Source: Mobula hypostoma (taxonomy: Eukaryota). Taken from it: DNA of 64,000 nucleotides. Shown in pieces: positions 1 to 12,185 of this stretch. How positions within the stretch are numbered: position 1 is the stretch's first letter; each line of letters opens with the position of its first letter. The position numbers and the translations under genes were made by a program. The DNA lies in contig NC_086108.1 of assembly GCF_963921235.1 (NCBI RefSeq), forward strand, positions 109,680,001 to 109,744,000, given 5' to 3'. The notes under the pieces were generated by a model. The model searched no databases, was not told where the DNA came from, and was given only the letters and a program-made list of their open reading frames with translations.

Positions 1-41
1 ACAGCGAGCCGAGCGACCCTGAGGGTGGCCAGGGGGGCTAC
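1..41. mobile_element. End of a solo LTR cut by the window edge, same family as 23151-23822 in the opposite orientation
   Basis: acagcgagccgagcgaccctgagggtggccaggggggctaca is approximately the reverse complement of tgtaggccccctggccagcctcagggtcgcttggctcgctgt at 23151; it ends in CA. Confidence 0.75.
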
Positions 42-474
42 ATGTACTACAGGACAGTCAATATAACAGGAACACAGTTGTGCCAGCGTGAGTTAAGCAG
101 TCTGATGGCCTGGTGGAAGAGGCTGAACGGGCTGAATGGCTTCTTTCGGTTTCACTAGGAAGAAGGATTGACCTAGACAGAGGGGCCTTCCTCCACCTGC
201 AGCAAGCGAGAGGCGGTCAATCACAGTCACCTTCCTCCGGCAGCGTTCAGCGAGCGGCTGGCAGACAGCACTGAACCCTCGCTCACCTTCCGCGCTCGCC
301 TCTAAGTCTCAACCTTCCTCGACGCTTTAGTTGGCGAGGTCAGCGTAAAAATGGGGTCACGCATCCTCTCAGCTTCTAGGCCTGGTGGCTGCTCGGCTTT
401 GGTGAAATGTGTCATTGGCATCAAGTCAAGTCAGTGAGGATGTTCAGGGGTGGGAATTATCGCTAAGTTTACGG

Positions 475-1085
475 TGCCACCAGGTCAAACACTACCACGT
501 TCGGGAAAAGTTATTACCCTACCTGGACCAACATGGATCACTTCACTCACCAGAACTCTGAACTGATTCCACAACCTGTGTGTTGTGCTTTGTAACTTCA
601 AAGCATTAAACTAATTCAGAGGAAGGCACGGGAGCCTGAAATGTGAGTTCTGCTTCGTGTTTCACTTTAAGCGAGGCGCGCACGTATCACATGGTAGCGT
701 GATGACATATGCAGTTCACATAACCCGTAATGAATTAAATGAACGAGAATGCTTAATCAAACAATATACATACAAGATTACTTAAATATTATTGAAATAT
801 TAAATACACAACACTATGAACTCACATTGAAGGATTCTACATCTCACATACTCAATATTATTTATTACTTATTTATTTATTTTTATTTTTTCTTTTTGAA
901 TTTGCCCAGTATGTCATCTTTTGCACAGTGGTTGTTTGTCAGTCTGTGAATAGTTTTTTCATTGATTCTGTTGTATTTTTTTTTGTAACTACTGTGAATC
1001 CCGGCAAGAAGGTGGACCCCAGGTTGTATACAGTGACAAATACATACTTCGACAATAAGTTTACTTCGAACATTTGAACTTTGAA
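475..1085 (+). mobile_element. Rex1/Babar LINE 3' end and 3'UTR, interrupted by a solo LTR
   Basis: cactaccacgttcgggaaaagttattaccct (decayed TTRFRNSYYP) and tail caataagtttactttgaacatttgaactttgaa; homologous to 10770-11360. Confidence 0.7.
581..813. mobile_element. Solo LTR (233 bp)
   Basis: Perfect inverted termini TGTTGTG...CACAACA; flanks ctgtg/ctatg (5-bp TSD, 1 mismatch); the host LINE 3'UTR rejoins when it is removed. Confidence 0.8.
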
Positions 1086-1449
1086 CACAGCATGCCCACA
1101 TCTTACGGGGAGGAAATCCATGTGGCCATAGGGAAAATTCCTTATAGGAAGTGTCGGGAATCGTACCCCAACCATTAGCTCTGTAAAGTGATTGCGCTAA
1201 CCACCACATCACAGCGCAGCCCCGGGTGTGATGGAGGTTTCATACGGAGGCTCTGAAGTGATGTGAGTTCAGGGTAGAAATATCTAAATTTTAAGACAAG
1301 AGGGAGAAACCTTGAGGATTATGTTGTGGGGTAAGTTCTATTTTATATAGACAGTTGTGAGTGCCTGGAAGGAGCTGCTAGGGGTGGTGACGGAGGCAGG
1401 AATGTAAGTGGTATTTCAGAGTCACCTAGGCAGGCATGGGAACAGGAGA

Positions 1450-1970
1450 CAGCCCCCAAGCGTCATCGTATACTCTGACACTGACACTGCATGCCCACAA
1501 TGTTCAGCAGAACAACACAAGCAACATCAGTAACAAACAAACCTCTCTCTCACTCACACACTCAGAAAGGCCTCTAACCCCAGAACAGGCCATCTTCGAT
1601 CCTTGATCCTGGACTTGCAGACATGCAGACATCAGGCATCTAAGCTCCAGTCCCTGGCTAGACTCACAGTTATCAGTCCTTTAACCCTGAGTCCCTGGCT
1701 TGGACTCATAGTCAAAGACTTAGAGAGATCAGGCCTCCATATTCCAGACATGCCAATCCAGGGACTTTGACTTTCAGGCCTCAACCTCAACCCCACTTAC
1801 AAAGATCTCCAACCCCAGGGCACGGCGATGCCAGAAGCTTCAAAGTTTGGGCCTCCAGGTTTGCCCACTTTGGTCTTAGAACTTCAGGCTTCAACCTCCA
1901 GTAAAAACCCTGGCCCACATGGGCCTCTAACCCCAGGACTCGCCAGCCAGGGAGGGGTCACAAGGCCTTG
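1450..1970. mobile_element. Non-autonomous repeat with degenerate internal subrepeats (same family as 14840-16350)
   Basis: Shared motifs gcatgcccacaatg...cacacac...cctctaacccca...acagg followed by repeated cctgg...gactcac units. Confidence 0.5.
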
Positions 1971-2919
1971 TCCTCAGAGCCCAGCAACCACTGAGGAAGG
2001 AGAGTATAGAACATAATTCAACACAGATTGTGCCACAGCCTAGCTGCAGACAGGCGTTGTTGGAAGGTGGGGGCTGGAAAAATATCTCTCACACCCATAG
2101 TAATCCCCTATCTAGGAAATCTCGCCTCATTAAAATTGAAACTGAGGGATTCAATGGGTTCTGAGGGTTCCGTGTTTGATATGTGCATTCATTAGAAAGG
2201 AAAGTTTGGTCGTAAAGTTGGAGAGACAATGGCAGTCTTGAGAACTAGCTTCATCTGAAGGCGATTTAACATCAATCAGGAAAACTGATGCAGATATGGT
2301 TTTTTGTTCGACAGTAGGTTTGAGATTTATTTTACATAAGGCAGAGGTCACAAATGAATGATTAATTTGTTGAGCGTTCATAAATTGGGCTCCGAGCAAA
2401 CAATGCATTATTCATTGGCAAGATGCCTCCTACCTCAGGTCCATGTGTTAATTCTTTGTATAATGCTGCATCTGCCTTGTCAGTCAGCCACTTCCACTGA
2501 GAGTAAATTAGTAGATGATTCTCCGAGAACGCCAATAGCATTTTTCTGTGCTGAGTTGAAAACAGGTAAAGTCTTAGACAGACCTTTAAGTCTTGGGGGC
2601 CGGAGGACGAGAAAGCAGAATGATGGAACTTCTGGAGAAACAGACAGGCCCAAGAGACAGGGCTTAGAAATTTACCAGCAATGATTATTCTTTTAATTGA
2701 CATATCTATGCCATATGTTAAAACATGCTCCTCTCATCCCTCAGAACTTCTCTCTGCATGTTCTCCATTCCTCGTTAACGTTCTCAGCCAAATCAGTTTA
2801 TCAGAAGTAGTCTTCAGGAAAGGTAGAAAGAGAGAGATGAACTCAGCAGCAGCTCAGGACACACCCACGAAAGAGAAGCTGGATTAATGTCTCACTCCAC
2901 TGGTGTGAGCTGGCGTCTG

Positions 2920-3228
2920 ATGAGAGGAGGGAGAGAGAGACAGAATGTGAGAAGGGAAAGAAAGGGGGAGGGAGAGAGAGAGGGGGGAGGGTGGAGAGAG
3001 ATAGAGAGAAAGTGAGGGGAGGGAAAGAGACAGACAGACAGAGAGAGGGATAGAGGGGGACAAGGGAGAGAGAGGGGGAGGGAGAGAGTGAGAAATTGAG
3101 AGAGAGGTGGGGTGGAGAGAGAGGGAGAAAGAGAGAGGGGGAGAGAGGGGGGAGTGAGAGGGCAGAGAGAGATGGGGTGGAGACAGAGGAAGAGAAAGAG
3201 GGAGAGGGAGAGAGAGAGAGGGGAGAGT
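2920..3228. repeat. GA-rich polypurine low-complexity tract
   Basis: About 300 bp of almost only G/A; explains the L/S/P-rich and E/R/G-rich ORFs. Confidence 0.95.
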
Positions 3229-3654
3229 GCAAAAAAGATGCACATGCACATATAGTCCATGAGCCAGTAGGGTTGGTCAGTACCATCTGAGAGGAATAAT
3301 GCTCATGGTGATTTTTGGCAAGGTATACATCTCCAGAGTTAGAAAATATGTGATAGCATTGCACCAGTGGCAGCTTTATTACTTCAAATAAGTCATCACT
3401 TTTTGTATATATTCCATATTAACATCAGTACAGCAGAAAATGTTACCCCACCCCCAAAAGGTAAAAAACCTCATTTGGAGAGATTTCTGGAGTTTTATTA
3501 AGTCATGATATTTTCCATATTGTTGTATCAAATCAAAACAAGCTTAAGTTTTTGTCATAGCATATAGAATTACAGTACAATAACTCAAATGTGGGGTTCC
3601 ACACGGCCATAACTTAGGACCCACTTGGTTGTAAAATGAATATATTTAATCAAA

Positions 3655-3752
3655 ACTAGATGCACAGGAGATTCTGCAGATTCTGGAAACCTGGATCAAC
3701 TCACACAAAACGTTGGAGGAACTCACAGGTCAGGCAGCATCTGTAGAGGGAA
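3655..3752 (-). mobile_element. Penelope-like terminal fragment
   Basis: attctgcagattctggaaac...ggaggaactcacaggtcaggcagcatctgtagagg matches the end of the Penelope element at 47238-48450. Confidence 0.65.
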
Positions 3753-3990
3753 AGTAACTTCTTCTCATGCCATAAGCCCTCCTCCTCCTCTCGGGCACAC
3801 ACCCTGGCATTCTGCCCCCTCTGGATGTCTACATGGGCAGAAAAGGGAAGCTCAGGTTAACGATGACTGCTGAAAGGTGGAGCTGGTTTGAAAGGTCATA
3901 TAAACTTATCATTTTCATGTATTCAGAGGTAAATGGAGAGCATGTTTAACACAGATTCAGATTCATTGATTTATCATTTGTTCATAAAAA

Positions 3991-4514
3991 CAACCAGTGG
4001 CTGCTTTATTAGTGCCCTCTGTACCTCCTGCTGTAGCCTGTCCACTTCAAGATTCAACGTGTTGTGCATTCAGAGATGTTCTTCTGCACATCAATGTTGT
4101 AACAAATGGCTATCTTAATTACTGTTGCTTTCCTGTCAGCTTGAACCAGTCTGGCCATTCTCCTCTGACCTCTCTCATTAACAAGGTGTTTTGCCCATAG
4201 AACTGCCACTGACTTGATTTTTTTTTTGTTTTTCACACCATTCTCTGTAAACTCTAGAGACTGCTATACATGAAAATCCCAGGAGATCAGCAGTTTCTGA
4301 GATACTCAAACCACCCTCCCTGGCACCAATAATCATTCCACGGTCAAGGTCACTTTGATCACATTTCTTCCCCATTTTGATATTCGGTCTGAACAGCAAC
4401 TGAACCTTTTGACCATGCCTGCATGCTTTTATGCATTGAGTTGCTGCCACGTGATAGGCTGATTGGATATTTGCATAAATGTCCAGGTTTAAGTAATAAA
4501 GCGGCAACAGGGTG
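3991..4514 (-). mobile_element. Non-autonomous Tc1/mariner element with transposase N-terminal HTH remnant
   Basis: Degenerate TIRs cagtggctgctttatt...aataaagcggcaacagggtg then TA; translation MGKKCDQSDLDRGMIIGAREGGLSISETADLLGFS; same family as 63740-64000. Confidence 0.85.
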
Positions 4515-4989
4515 TACATAGAGATGTGTGGTGGGTCAGGGCTTGTTTCACTGTTGTTGTTTTGTCGCTTGTTGTGTTCAGTGTTGTTCTGCCAAGCATT
4601 GTGGGTATGTTATGTTCACACCAGAATGTGTGGCGATACTTGCGGGCTGCCTCCAGCACATCCTTGGGTGTGTTTGTTGTTAACACAAATGACATATTTC
4701 ATTGTGTGTTTTGACATACATGCGATAAATAAATCTAAATTTTTAAAAATTCGCAACCAGGAATGTGCTGGGAGTAGTCCACAAGTGCCTTCACACATTC
4801 CAGCACTAAAGTAGCATGGCCACCATCGTAAAAATAACAAAGGAAGTGGCTAGGTGAGTCTTTAGTGCAGCCGCTTGATGGGACAGCCACAAACAATTTT
4901 GAAATTGTATTCTATAATAATTGTTGAGGAAAAAAATCCCTCAGTCATTGCATAGACCAGGTCCTCACACCACAGTGTCCCAGGAGACA

Positions 4990-5580
4990 AGAAGCCGAGG
5001 CCTTCGTGGGCCTGTTGGAATTTGTATCTACTCCCTTCGGTGCTGCTCTCCAGTGTTTGCTCAGTGGAAGATCAGCTGGACCAGGACAACATCCAATGCA
5101 CTGTGGCGACCCACTTTCTGGCACACACGAACCGGCTCACAACAGCGCGCGCAGGCAGAGGGCCGGCCCCAAAAAGGGCGCCAGGCCATCTTCACCAGCA
5201 GGGGGAAAATCCCGCGCACGGAAAGGGTCTGGGAATAGGCATTCCCCACAGCAGTCCCGCCCCAGGGAGGGCGGGCACGGGAAGGCTTTAAAGCAGGCCG
5301 CGAAGTTTGAATAAATCTCTTTCATCGCAACTCTAACTCACTGACTCCGTGTGGTTATTCTAGCGCTGTGTGTAGCACACCGCTACAGCACCATCAATCT
5401 AAAAGCCATGCCACTCCGGGACTTGAGCTAATTTTCTCGTGACTGTATCATAACTAAATGTGCTATGTGCTGTGTGCTGTTGGTATTGTGTTTTGCATCT
5501 TGGTTTTGGAGAAATGCTGTTTCATTTGGCTGTATTTATGTATGATTGAATATACAATTAAATGACTTTAACTTGAACTA
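4990..5580 (+). mobile_element. Internally deleted LINE-derived non-autonomous element (host of the LTR at 5102)
   Basis: ccaggacaac...gcac|catcaatctaaaagccatg...gggacttg and the tail are colinear with 53040-53393 plus 55011-55145. Confidence 0.55.
5102..5387 (+). mobile_element. Solo LTR (286 bp), CpG-rich
   Basis: TGTGGCG...CGCTACA termini, exact 4-bp TSD GCAC, TATA-like tttaaa followed by AATAAA near 5311. Confidence 0.88.
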
Positions 5581-6354
5581 GAAGACGAGAATGAGGGGAG
5601 GTTGGAGAGAAAAGTAGCAGAAATTGGATGGGCTGAATGAGGTGCTGTAACGTGCCATGATATGAGGGAAAGTCAAAGACAAAATTGCTTTTATTGTCAT
5701 CTGCAAAACTACATATGTGCACAGGGTGCAGTAAAACAACTTGCAGCAGCATCACAGACACATGGCATCATAGAGAGAGGGATGCTCTCTTCTTGCTGCT
5801 GCCATCAGGAAGGAGATACAGGAGCCTCTGGACCCACACCACCGGGTTTAGGAACAGTTATTGCCCCTCAGCCATCAGGCTCTTGAACCAGAAGGGGGAA
5901 CTTCTATCCTGTAGCTATCCAGACTCTCAGCAAAACTCACTCAGGCGTAAAACCCGAACTGCCCCTGCACAGCATCCGGTAAATGATCTTTCCTGCTCTC
6001 CTTGTCCTGTTGATAATTATCAATTCTGTTTATATGTTCACATTTATTTAAGTTTGATTATTGATGTTTGCATATGTGGCTGTTCTGCTAATTGGTAATT
6101 TTTGATCACACTTTGCATTACTGTAAATTGTTAGTTGCTATTTTGTTGTCTGTTACGGTATTGTCTTGTGTTTTTATGCTTGGCACTAAACCACAAACAA
6201 TTCTGGTTTGTTTCTCAGACTGGCAAAAAAGTGAATCCAATTCTGTTTCTGATTCAGTCAGCCCAGTGCAGAACTGATCCCACAATCTACAGACTCTTCA
6301 TCTCAGCTTCCCCATATTTATTGCTCATTTATTTTTAATTACTATTTTTATTTT

Positions 6355-6795
6355 TCTCAGCTCAAACTGGTAAAACCTGAGGAATGGGATTAGCCAAACA
6401 CACTCATTGACTATTTTAGTGTGTTTAGTATTGTGGCTTTCTGAAGATTTACATATATATAGCTGTGTAGCTCTAATTGTTTAATGCTGTTGCGTAGTGA
6501 CTTTGGGATGACACCAGTTGTAGATATTACTACTGGGACAGTGTATACCCTGTTCATGTTCCAAAGTCTTTCAATTTCCTCTTCTAATTCAGCATATTTC
6601 TGGTGATTTTCACTTACTGATTTCTACATGTTGTATGTGTTTGGAATGGCTAAGTCTATTAAGTAAGTTGTTTTTTCCTGTTTATCCTGTAATATTATAC
6701 CTTGATGGTTATTATGGATTGTCCAATCTGTAATAATGGATCAATCACAATATAATTTGTGGGACTCAGACTCTAAATCTGGATCAGGCTTGTGT
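6355..6795 (-). mobile_element. R4/Dong-clade non-LTR retrotransposon 3' fragment (restriction-like endonuclease domain)
   Basis: Minus-strand translation with stops: TIHNNHQGIILQDKQEKTTYLIDLAIPN...QKYAELEEEIERLWNMNRVYTVPVVISTTGVIPKSL...LQKATILNT, the typical REL endonuclease C-terminus. Confidence 0.8.
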
Positions 6796-7019
6796 TTATA
6801 TTAAGGTATGTTTTCTTTATTATTTGCTCAATTTGTTGTGTTCTGCACAATGGTTGTTTGTCAGTCTTTGTTGTGTGCAGTATTTTATTGATTCTATGGT
6901 GTTTCTGTGTGTCTATCCCAAATGACTGCAGGAAAATGAATCTCAGGGTTCAATATGGTGGCACATACAATATGTATTTTCATAATAAATTTACTTTGAA
7001 CTTTGATAAGCAGTATTCA

Positions 7020-7380
7020 TCACAAAAACATTAAGTAAAGAAATTGCACAACTTTTACAGAAAAAAACTCAATTAGAAAATACATAACTAAGTCCATTTT
7101 AGTGCAGTGATGGGAATGATCATTGTGTTTGCTAGTTGGTTCAAGAGCCAAATGGTTGAAGGGAAGAAACTGTTCCTGAACCTGGTGGTGTAGCACTTCA
7201 GGCTTCTGTACCTCCTGCCTAATGGTAGCTGTGAGAAGATGGCATGGCCTGGATGGTAGGAGTCTTTGATGACGGACATTGCCTTCTTAAGGCAGAACCT
7301 CCTGCAGATACTGCCAATGGTGGGAAGGGATGTGTAAAGATGTATTGGGCAGAGTCCACTGCTCTCTGCAGGTGCTTGAA
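7020..7380 (-). mobile_element. Rex1/Babar LINE 3' fragment
   Basis: LKKAMSVIKDSYHPGHAIFSQLPLGRRYRSLKCYTTRFRNSFFPSTIWLLN. Confidence 0.8.
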
Positions 7381-7817
7381 TAAGAGCATTAAACCGTTGA
7401 GCTAGTCTTTGAAAAAGCAACACTCATGTCATGTTGGACATCCGGCCACAAGGCTGCCTGATAGTTGGCCAGCTCCATCACACAAGCATCTGCAGACAGG
7501 AAGACTGCGATCACGTTTGATCTAGCTGCAGGTCTAATAACTACTGTAATTTCAAAGTCGCGATGAGCATGCTGTAAACAATATTTTGAGATATATAACA
7601 ACTGTAATATGATATGAAAATCGTTGTGATTTCTATTGGTGACAAAGTCACAGGTACTGCTAATACTACTGTTGGTAGTTGCCAGCATTCATCATTGAAG
7701 GAAATGCTAAATTTCAGTTAGAGGTGTAAATTTTTTCACTTCCAAGTTCCTGGACCACCTGGGATCTAGCTATGGATCCCAGAGCAGTCCGTGGACCCCA
7801 AGTTAAGAACACCTAGG

Positions 7818-8152
7818 CAATATTCCCTCTAATTTGTAATGACCATTGTGCACAAAAATCTTGTGCTGTGCAATTTATTGCCCGGTGATCTTAACATGTG
7901 CGCATTGAATAATTTCTTCAAAAAAAAAACAGTATAAATAAGCCAGTTTGAAAACCTGAAGACAAATCATCACAAACTCCATGTTGTCAACACTGTCTGC
8001 GTCAGAAACCGGAAAAGTACAAACGTAAATGTGATTGCGTACCATTGTAAAATGTATTTAACATGCCAGTGAGGTAGAGGGTGACAAACCTTTGTGCGCT
8101 AGTAGCAAAAGATGTGTGCACACACATACGCGGATACCTTAGAGGGCATTTA
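7818..8152. mobile_element. Non-autonomous hAT-like DNA transposon
   Basis: TIR-like caatattccctctaa...ttagagggcattta; 8-bp flanks cacctagg/cccctggg (6/8 match). Confidence 0.5.
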
Positions 8153-8555
8153 CCCCTGGGTAAGGATTAAATGGGGCTATTTGGGATTGCTGAAGCATTG
8201 TGGCTCGAAGGGCCGGCAGGGCTTATGCCCCACTATATTGTGAAATAAATAAATCAATATAAATATAAATTATTCATAAATGTAAGTATACAGGAAAAAG
8301 AAAGACTACAAAAGCAAGACCCTGGTTTAAAAACAAAGACATGATGAAAGACATCCAAAACTTTTTGTTAGTCTCTGGACCATTTCAGAAGTACAGTCAC
8401 TGTATTGTAGAAAAGCATATGAACTAGTTTAGAAAGATTAGCAAGACTAGCCTTATTTGTTACATGTACCGTACATTGAAATACAGAGTGAAATGCTTCA
8501 AATCAAATCAGATCAAAGCAGCCTGCAAGTGCCGCCTTACATCTTACGCTAACAT

Positions 8556-9092
8556 TGTCACATGAGGGTTGGCTTATTTGATGGTCAAAGGCCGTTTCTG
8601 ACATGTCAGTCATTGCATGGCCCATTTATAGGATGCAGCTGATCTTTCCCATCGGTTGGCGTGCACATTGCGGCACCAGTTTCCAGTTCCAGGCAACTCG
8701 AGAGTATAAGAATAGCACGTGCAAAAGATTCGGTCTCCCTCCCTTGTCTCCAGGGCCCGCTTCAGGCTGAAGCCGCGAGCTGCACTGAAGGACCATTGAG
8801 AATGAGTGTTGCAGACACAGATGGGCCCCCCACGTTTGTTAGGTATTTGTTTGTAGCGTGCTTCGTTTCTCAGTTTTATAATTTGGGGAGAATAAGCCGA
8901 GTACCCATTAAGTTAAAGAGTGACTGATGTTCAGTATTGTAGTTTTGTGTAGTTTAGGTTTGTTTGGATGGGCACTTGTTTAGTGAGAAGCCCCATTTTG
9001 TGTTTCTCACTAAATAACTAGTTAACGTGCCCATCCGCAATCTGTGTCTTCTGTTCCATTTGTTGGATCCTCGAACGTGCCTCCACATCACA
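8556..9092 (+). mobile_element. Probable solo LTR inserted in a V-SINE-type element
   Basis: TG...CA ends (tgtcaca...atcaca) and a TATA-like gtataag; splits the host motif aacat|agcatacccacagctcactaa; TSD not clean. Confidence 0.55.
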
Positions 9093-9339
9093 ATCACAGC
9101 ATACCCACAGCTCACTAATCCTAAGCATACGTCTTTAGAATGTGGGAGGAAAACCAGAGCACCCGGGGGAAACCTACGCGGTCACAGGAAGAACGTACAA
9201 CCTCCTTACAGACAGCAGCAGAAAATGAACCATGATCTTACAGCTAACAACTACACTACTCTGCCACCCCACAGCAGGCTCCTAGGAAAACACAAGGGAT
9301 TCTGCAGATGCTGGAAATCCAGAGCATCGTCCACCACAC

Positions 9340-9627
9340 AATGTACTGGTTGGGCACAGGAGTACATTCAGCCGGAGACTCATTCCACCGAGATGCAACA
9401 CAGAGCGTCATAGGAAGTCATTCCTGCCTGTGGCCATCAAACTTTACAACTCCTCCCTTGGAGGGTCAGACACCCTGAGCCAATAGGCTGGTCCTGGACT
9501 TATTTCCTGGCAAAATTTTACATATTACTATTTAACTATTTATGGTTTTATTACTATTTATTATTTATGCTGCAACTGTAACGAAAACCAATTTCGCCCG
9601 GGATCAATAAAGTATGACTATGACTAT
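9340..9627 (+). mobile_element. Young Rex-like LINE 3' end with (TATGAC)n tail
   Basis: Near-identical to 49961-50357 and 55995-56415; ends atcaataaagtatgactatgactat. Confidence 0.85.
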
Positions 9628-9946
9628 CACACACAAAAAGCACAACCTGCCAGGCAGCATTTATGGAGGGGAATAAACAATTGATGCTTTGGGCCAAAAC
9701 CAGTTGGAAAATTGTCAAATTCCAAGGTCAGGAATACAATGGAACATTCTCCAGTTGTCTGGGTGAGTGTGGCTCTAAAAATTCCAAAGGTGCCTGACGC
9801 CATCAAATATGTGAACACCACCCCCTGCAGATTCTGATTCAGATTCATCGCACAGAAAACTTTCTCCACAAGTAACACACACAAAATGCCGGAGGAACTC
9901 AGTTTCAGATTCAGACTAAGACTTACTTAACACGTTAAAACATACA

Positions 9947-10559
9947 TGAAACCCCCTGGTTTTCTTGGCTGCGTAAGTCTGGAGAAGACACAGTCCCACC
10001 AAACCCGTGAGACTGGGACGGCTCTCCCACTCCACAGCCCGGTATGTGTGGACGCTGTGTAATTTGCTACCCTGTTACAAATCAGTGCCACGAAATAACT
10101 GACAGTGGACTGCATCCGATTAAAGGAATTATATTTATGAATCTTAACTAAACAGTTAGTAAAGAGAAACAAAAAGAAAAGGGCCCATTTTAATTAAACA
10201 GTCAAACGTGCACAAGTTGGAGCTCATCGTTTCACCAGATTCACCAATCCTCAATCGATCATCACCCCTGACTTCATCAAATCACGGTCCCGCACCGGGT
10301 CAAATCCTACGACCTGTTCTCTCCAGCGTCTTCTCTCTTCACCTCCCCCTGAACAAAACCTCAAGCCCAACCTTAGTGTCCCTCACTAAAAAAACCCTCC
10401 CCCCAGTTCCACAATCCTAAATAGATGGCACACATTCCTCATCATCCCTTATCTTCAACGGTAAACCAAGCAGGCTAAAAGCAGGACGGACTGCTTTTAC
10501 AGGACTGCTAAATGAAATACCTGCAGCATAACAGTAAAAATGTGAACCAGGGCATTGCA
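9947..10559. mobile_element. Solo LTR (613 bp), related to 23151-23822
   Basis: TG...CA ends and exact 4-bp TSD TACA; shared internal motifs (ccccctgg, gtggacgctgtgt, aaataac, gtgcacaa..ttggagctca). Confidence 0.8.
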
Positions 10560-10769
10560 TACAGGTACTGTAAATGTGTTAACATCCAACACAGCCTAGG
10601 GGTGTGCTGGGGGCAGGGGTGATCGCAAATGTTGCCATACATTCCTGCACCCACAGTGCTTGACGAATAATGTAGAACACATTAAAACAGAGTACAACAA
10701 GTAGCAAATTAACAAAAGCAAAACAAGTCATTTTCTTCCCACCCACTCACTCACACACATCGAATGTCC

Positions 10770-11362
10770 CCTAACACCAATGCCCTTGAATGGAAAATCC
10801 GACAAAAAGTAGTGGATACGGCCCAGTCCATCACTGGTAAACCTTCCCCACCGTTGAGCACAAGTACACAAAACGCTATCGTAGGAATACAGCATCCACC
10901 ATCAGAGACCCCCACCACCCAGGCCAGGCTCTCTCCTCACTACTGCCATCAGGAAGGATGTCCAGGAGCCTCAGGACTCACACCACCAGGTTCAGGAACA
11001 GTTATTACCCCTCAACCATCAGGCTCCTGAACCAGAGGGGATAATTTCACTCAATTTCACTTACCCCATCATTGAACTGTTTCCACAACCAATGGACTCA
11101 CTTTCAAGGACTCTTCGTCTCATGTTCTCAGCATTTATTTGTTTTTATTAATTATTATTATTATTCCTTTCTTTTTGTACTTGCACTGTTTGGTTTATAG
11201 TGCACGCTGGTTAAACTTTCAACTTGGTGCGGTCTTTCATTGATTCGGTTATGGTTATTATTCTATGGATTTATTAAGTGTGCTCACAAAACAAAGTATC
11301 TCAGAGTGGTATATGATTACATATATGTACTTTGATAATAAATTTCCTTTGAACTTTGAACC
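10770..11362 (+). mobile_element. Rex1/Babar LINE 3' end with 3'UTR
   Basis: LEWKIRQKVVDTAQSITGK... followed by caccaccaggttcaggaacagttattacccc and the tail ttgaactttgaa. Confidence 0.8.
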
Positions 11363-11789
11363 GGAAGACAGGCTGCCTCCAGGCTTCCAGATTCCAGTGG
11401 GCTCACGGACTCACGTCCATCAAATTACGGCCAACCGGGCATGGTAACGTAGCACCACGTTCCTTCATCACCGTTGGGTCTGAAGCCTGGATGCTCTTCC
11501 GCATTGTGGGAGCAGCTTCACCGGAAGGGCTGTGGCAGCTTGAGAAGGTGACTCGGGGCCGTCTCAGGGTTAATCAGAGACAGGAAACGAATGCTGGTCT
11601 TGCCAGGTGACACCTGGATCCTGAAAGTGACTGAAATAAACTATCATCCCTTGTGAACTGAGCAAACTAAGAAAGTGTGTGGAGATTTATGAGGACATTG
11701 CCACCTCTTGAGGGCCTGAGTTATGGAGAGAGGATGAGAAGGCTGGACTTTATTCATTAGAGCATAGGACAATAAGGGTTGAAATTATA

Positions 11790-12185
11790 GATTTATTTTT
11801 GAGATACAGTGCTGAACAGACCCTTGCAACCGTTCAGGTCACGCCACACAACAACCACCTCATTTAACCCTCACCTAGTCACAGGACAATTTACAATGAC
11901 CAACTAACCTACCGACCGGTATGTCTTTGGACTGTGGGAGGAAACCAGAGCACCCGGAGGAAACCCATGTGTCCACAGGAACTGCGTGCCAACTCCATAC
12001 AGAAGACCCATCAATTCACGGTGGACAATTCATCCAGCGACCTGCACGTCTTTGAGATGTGGGAGGAATCTGCAGCACCAGGTTATGGGAAGGATGAACA
12101 AAATTCTTACAGGCAGCAGCGGGAATTGAACCTGAGCCGCTAGTGCCAGAATAGGGTTATGCTAATCGTTACGCTACCATGTCAC
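11790..12185 (-). mobile_element. HE1-like V-SINE copy or copies
   Basis: V-domain gtctttggactgtgggaggaaaccagagcacccggaggaaaccca, then a second partial V-domain and a tRNA-like head. Confidence 0.75.

Noticed and set aside
2484..2566. Possible exon (ag|TCAGCC...AAACAG|gtaaag)
   Set aside because: The splice-like signals could be chance; the peptide is not recognised and no partner exons were found.
2843..3364. 173-aa ORF, and similar ORFs at 42495-42932 and 51652-52514
   Set aside because: Read-through of GA, CT or CA low-complexity tracts.
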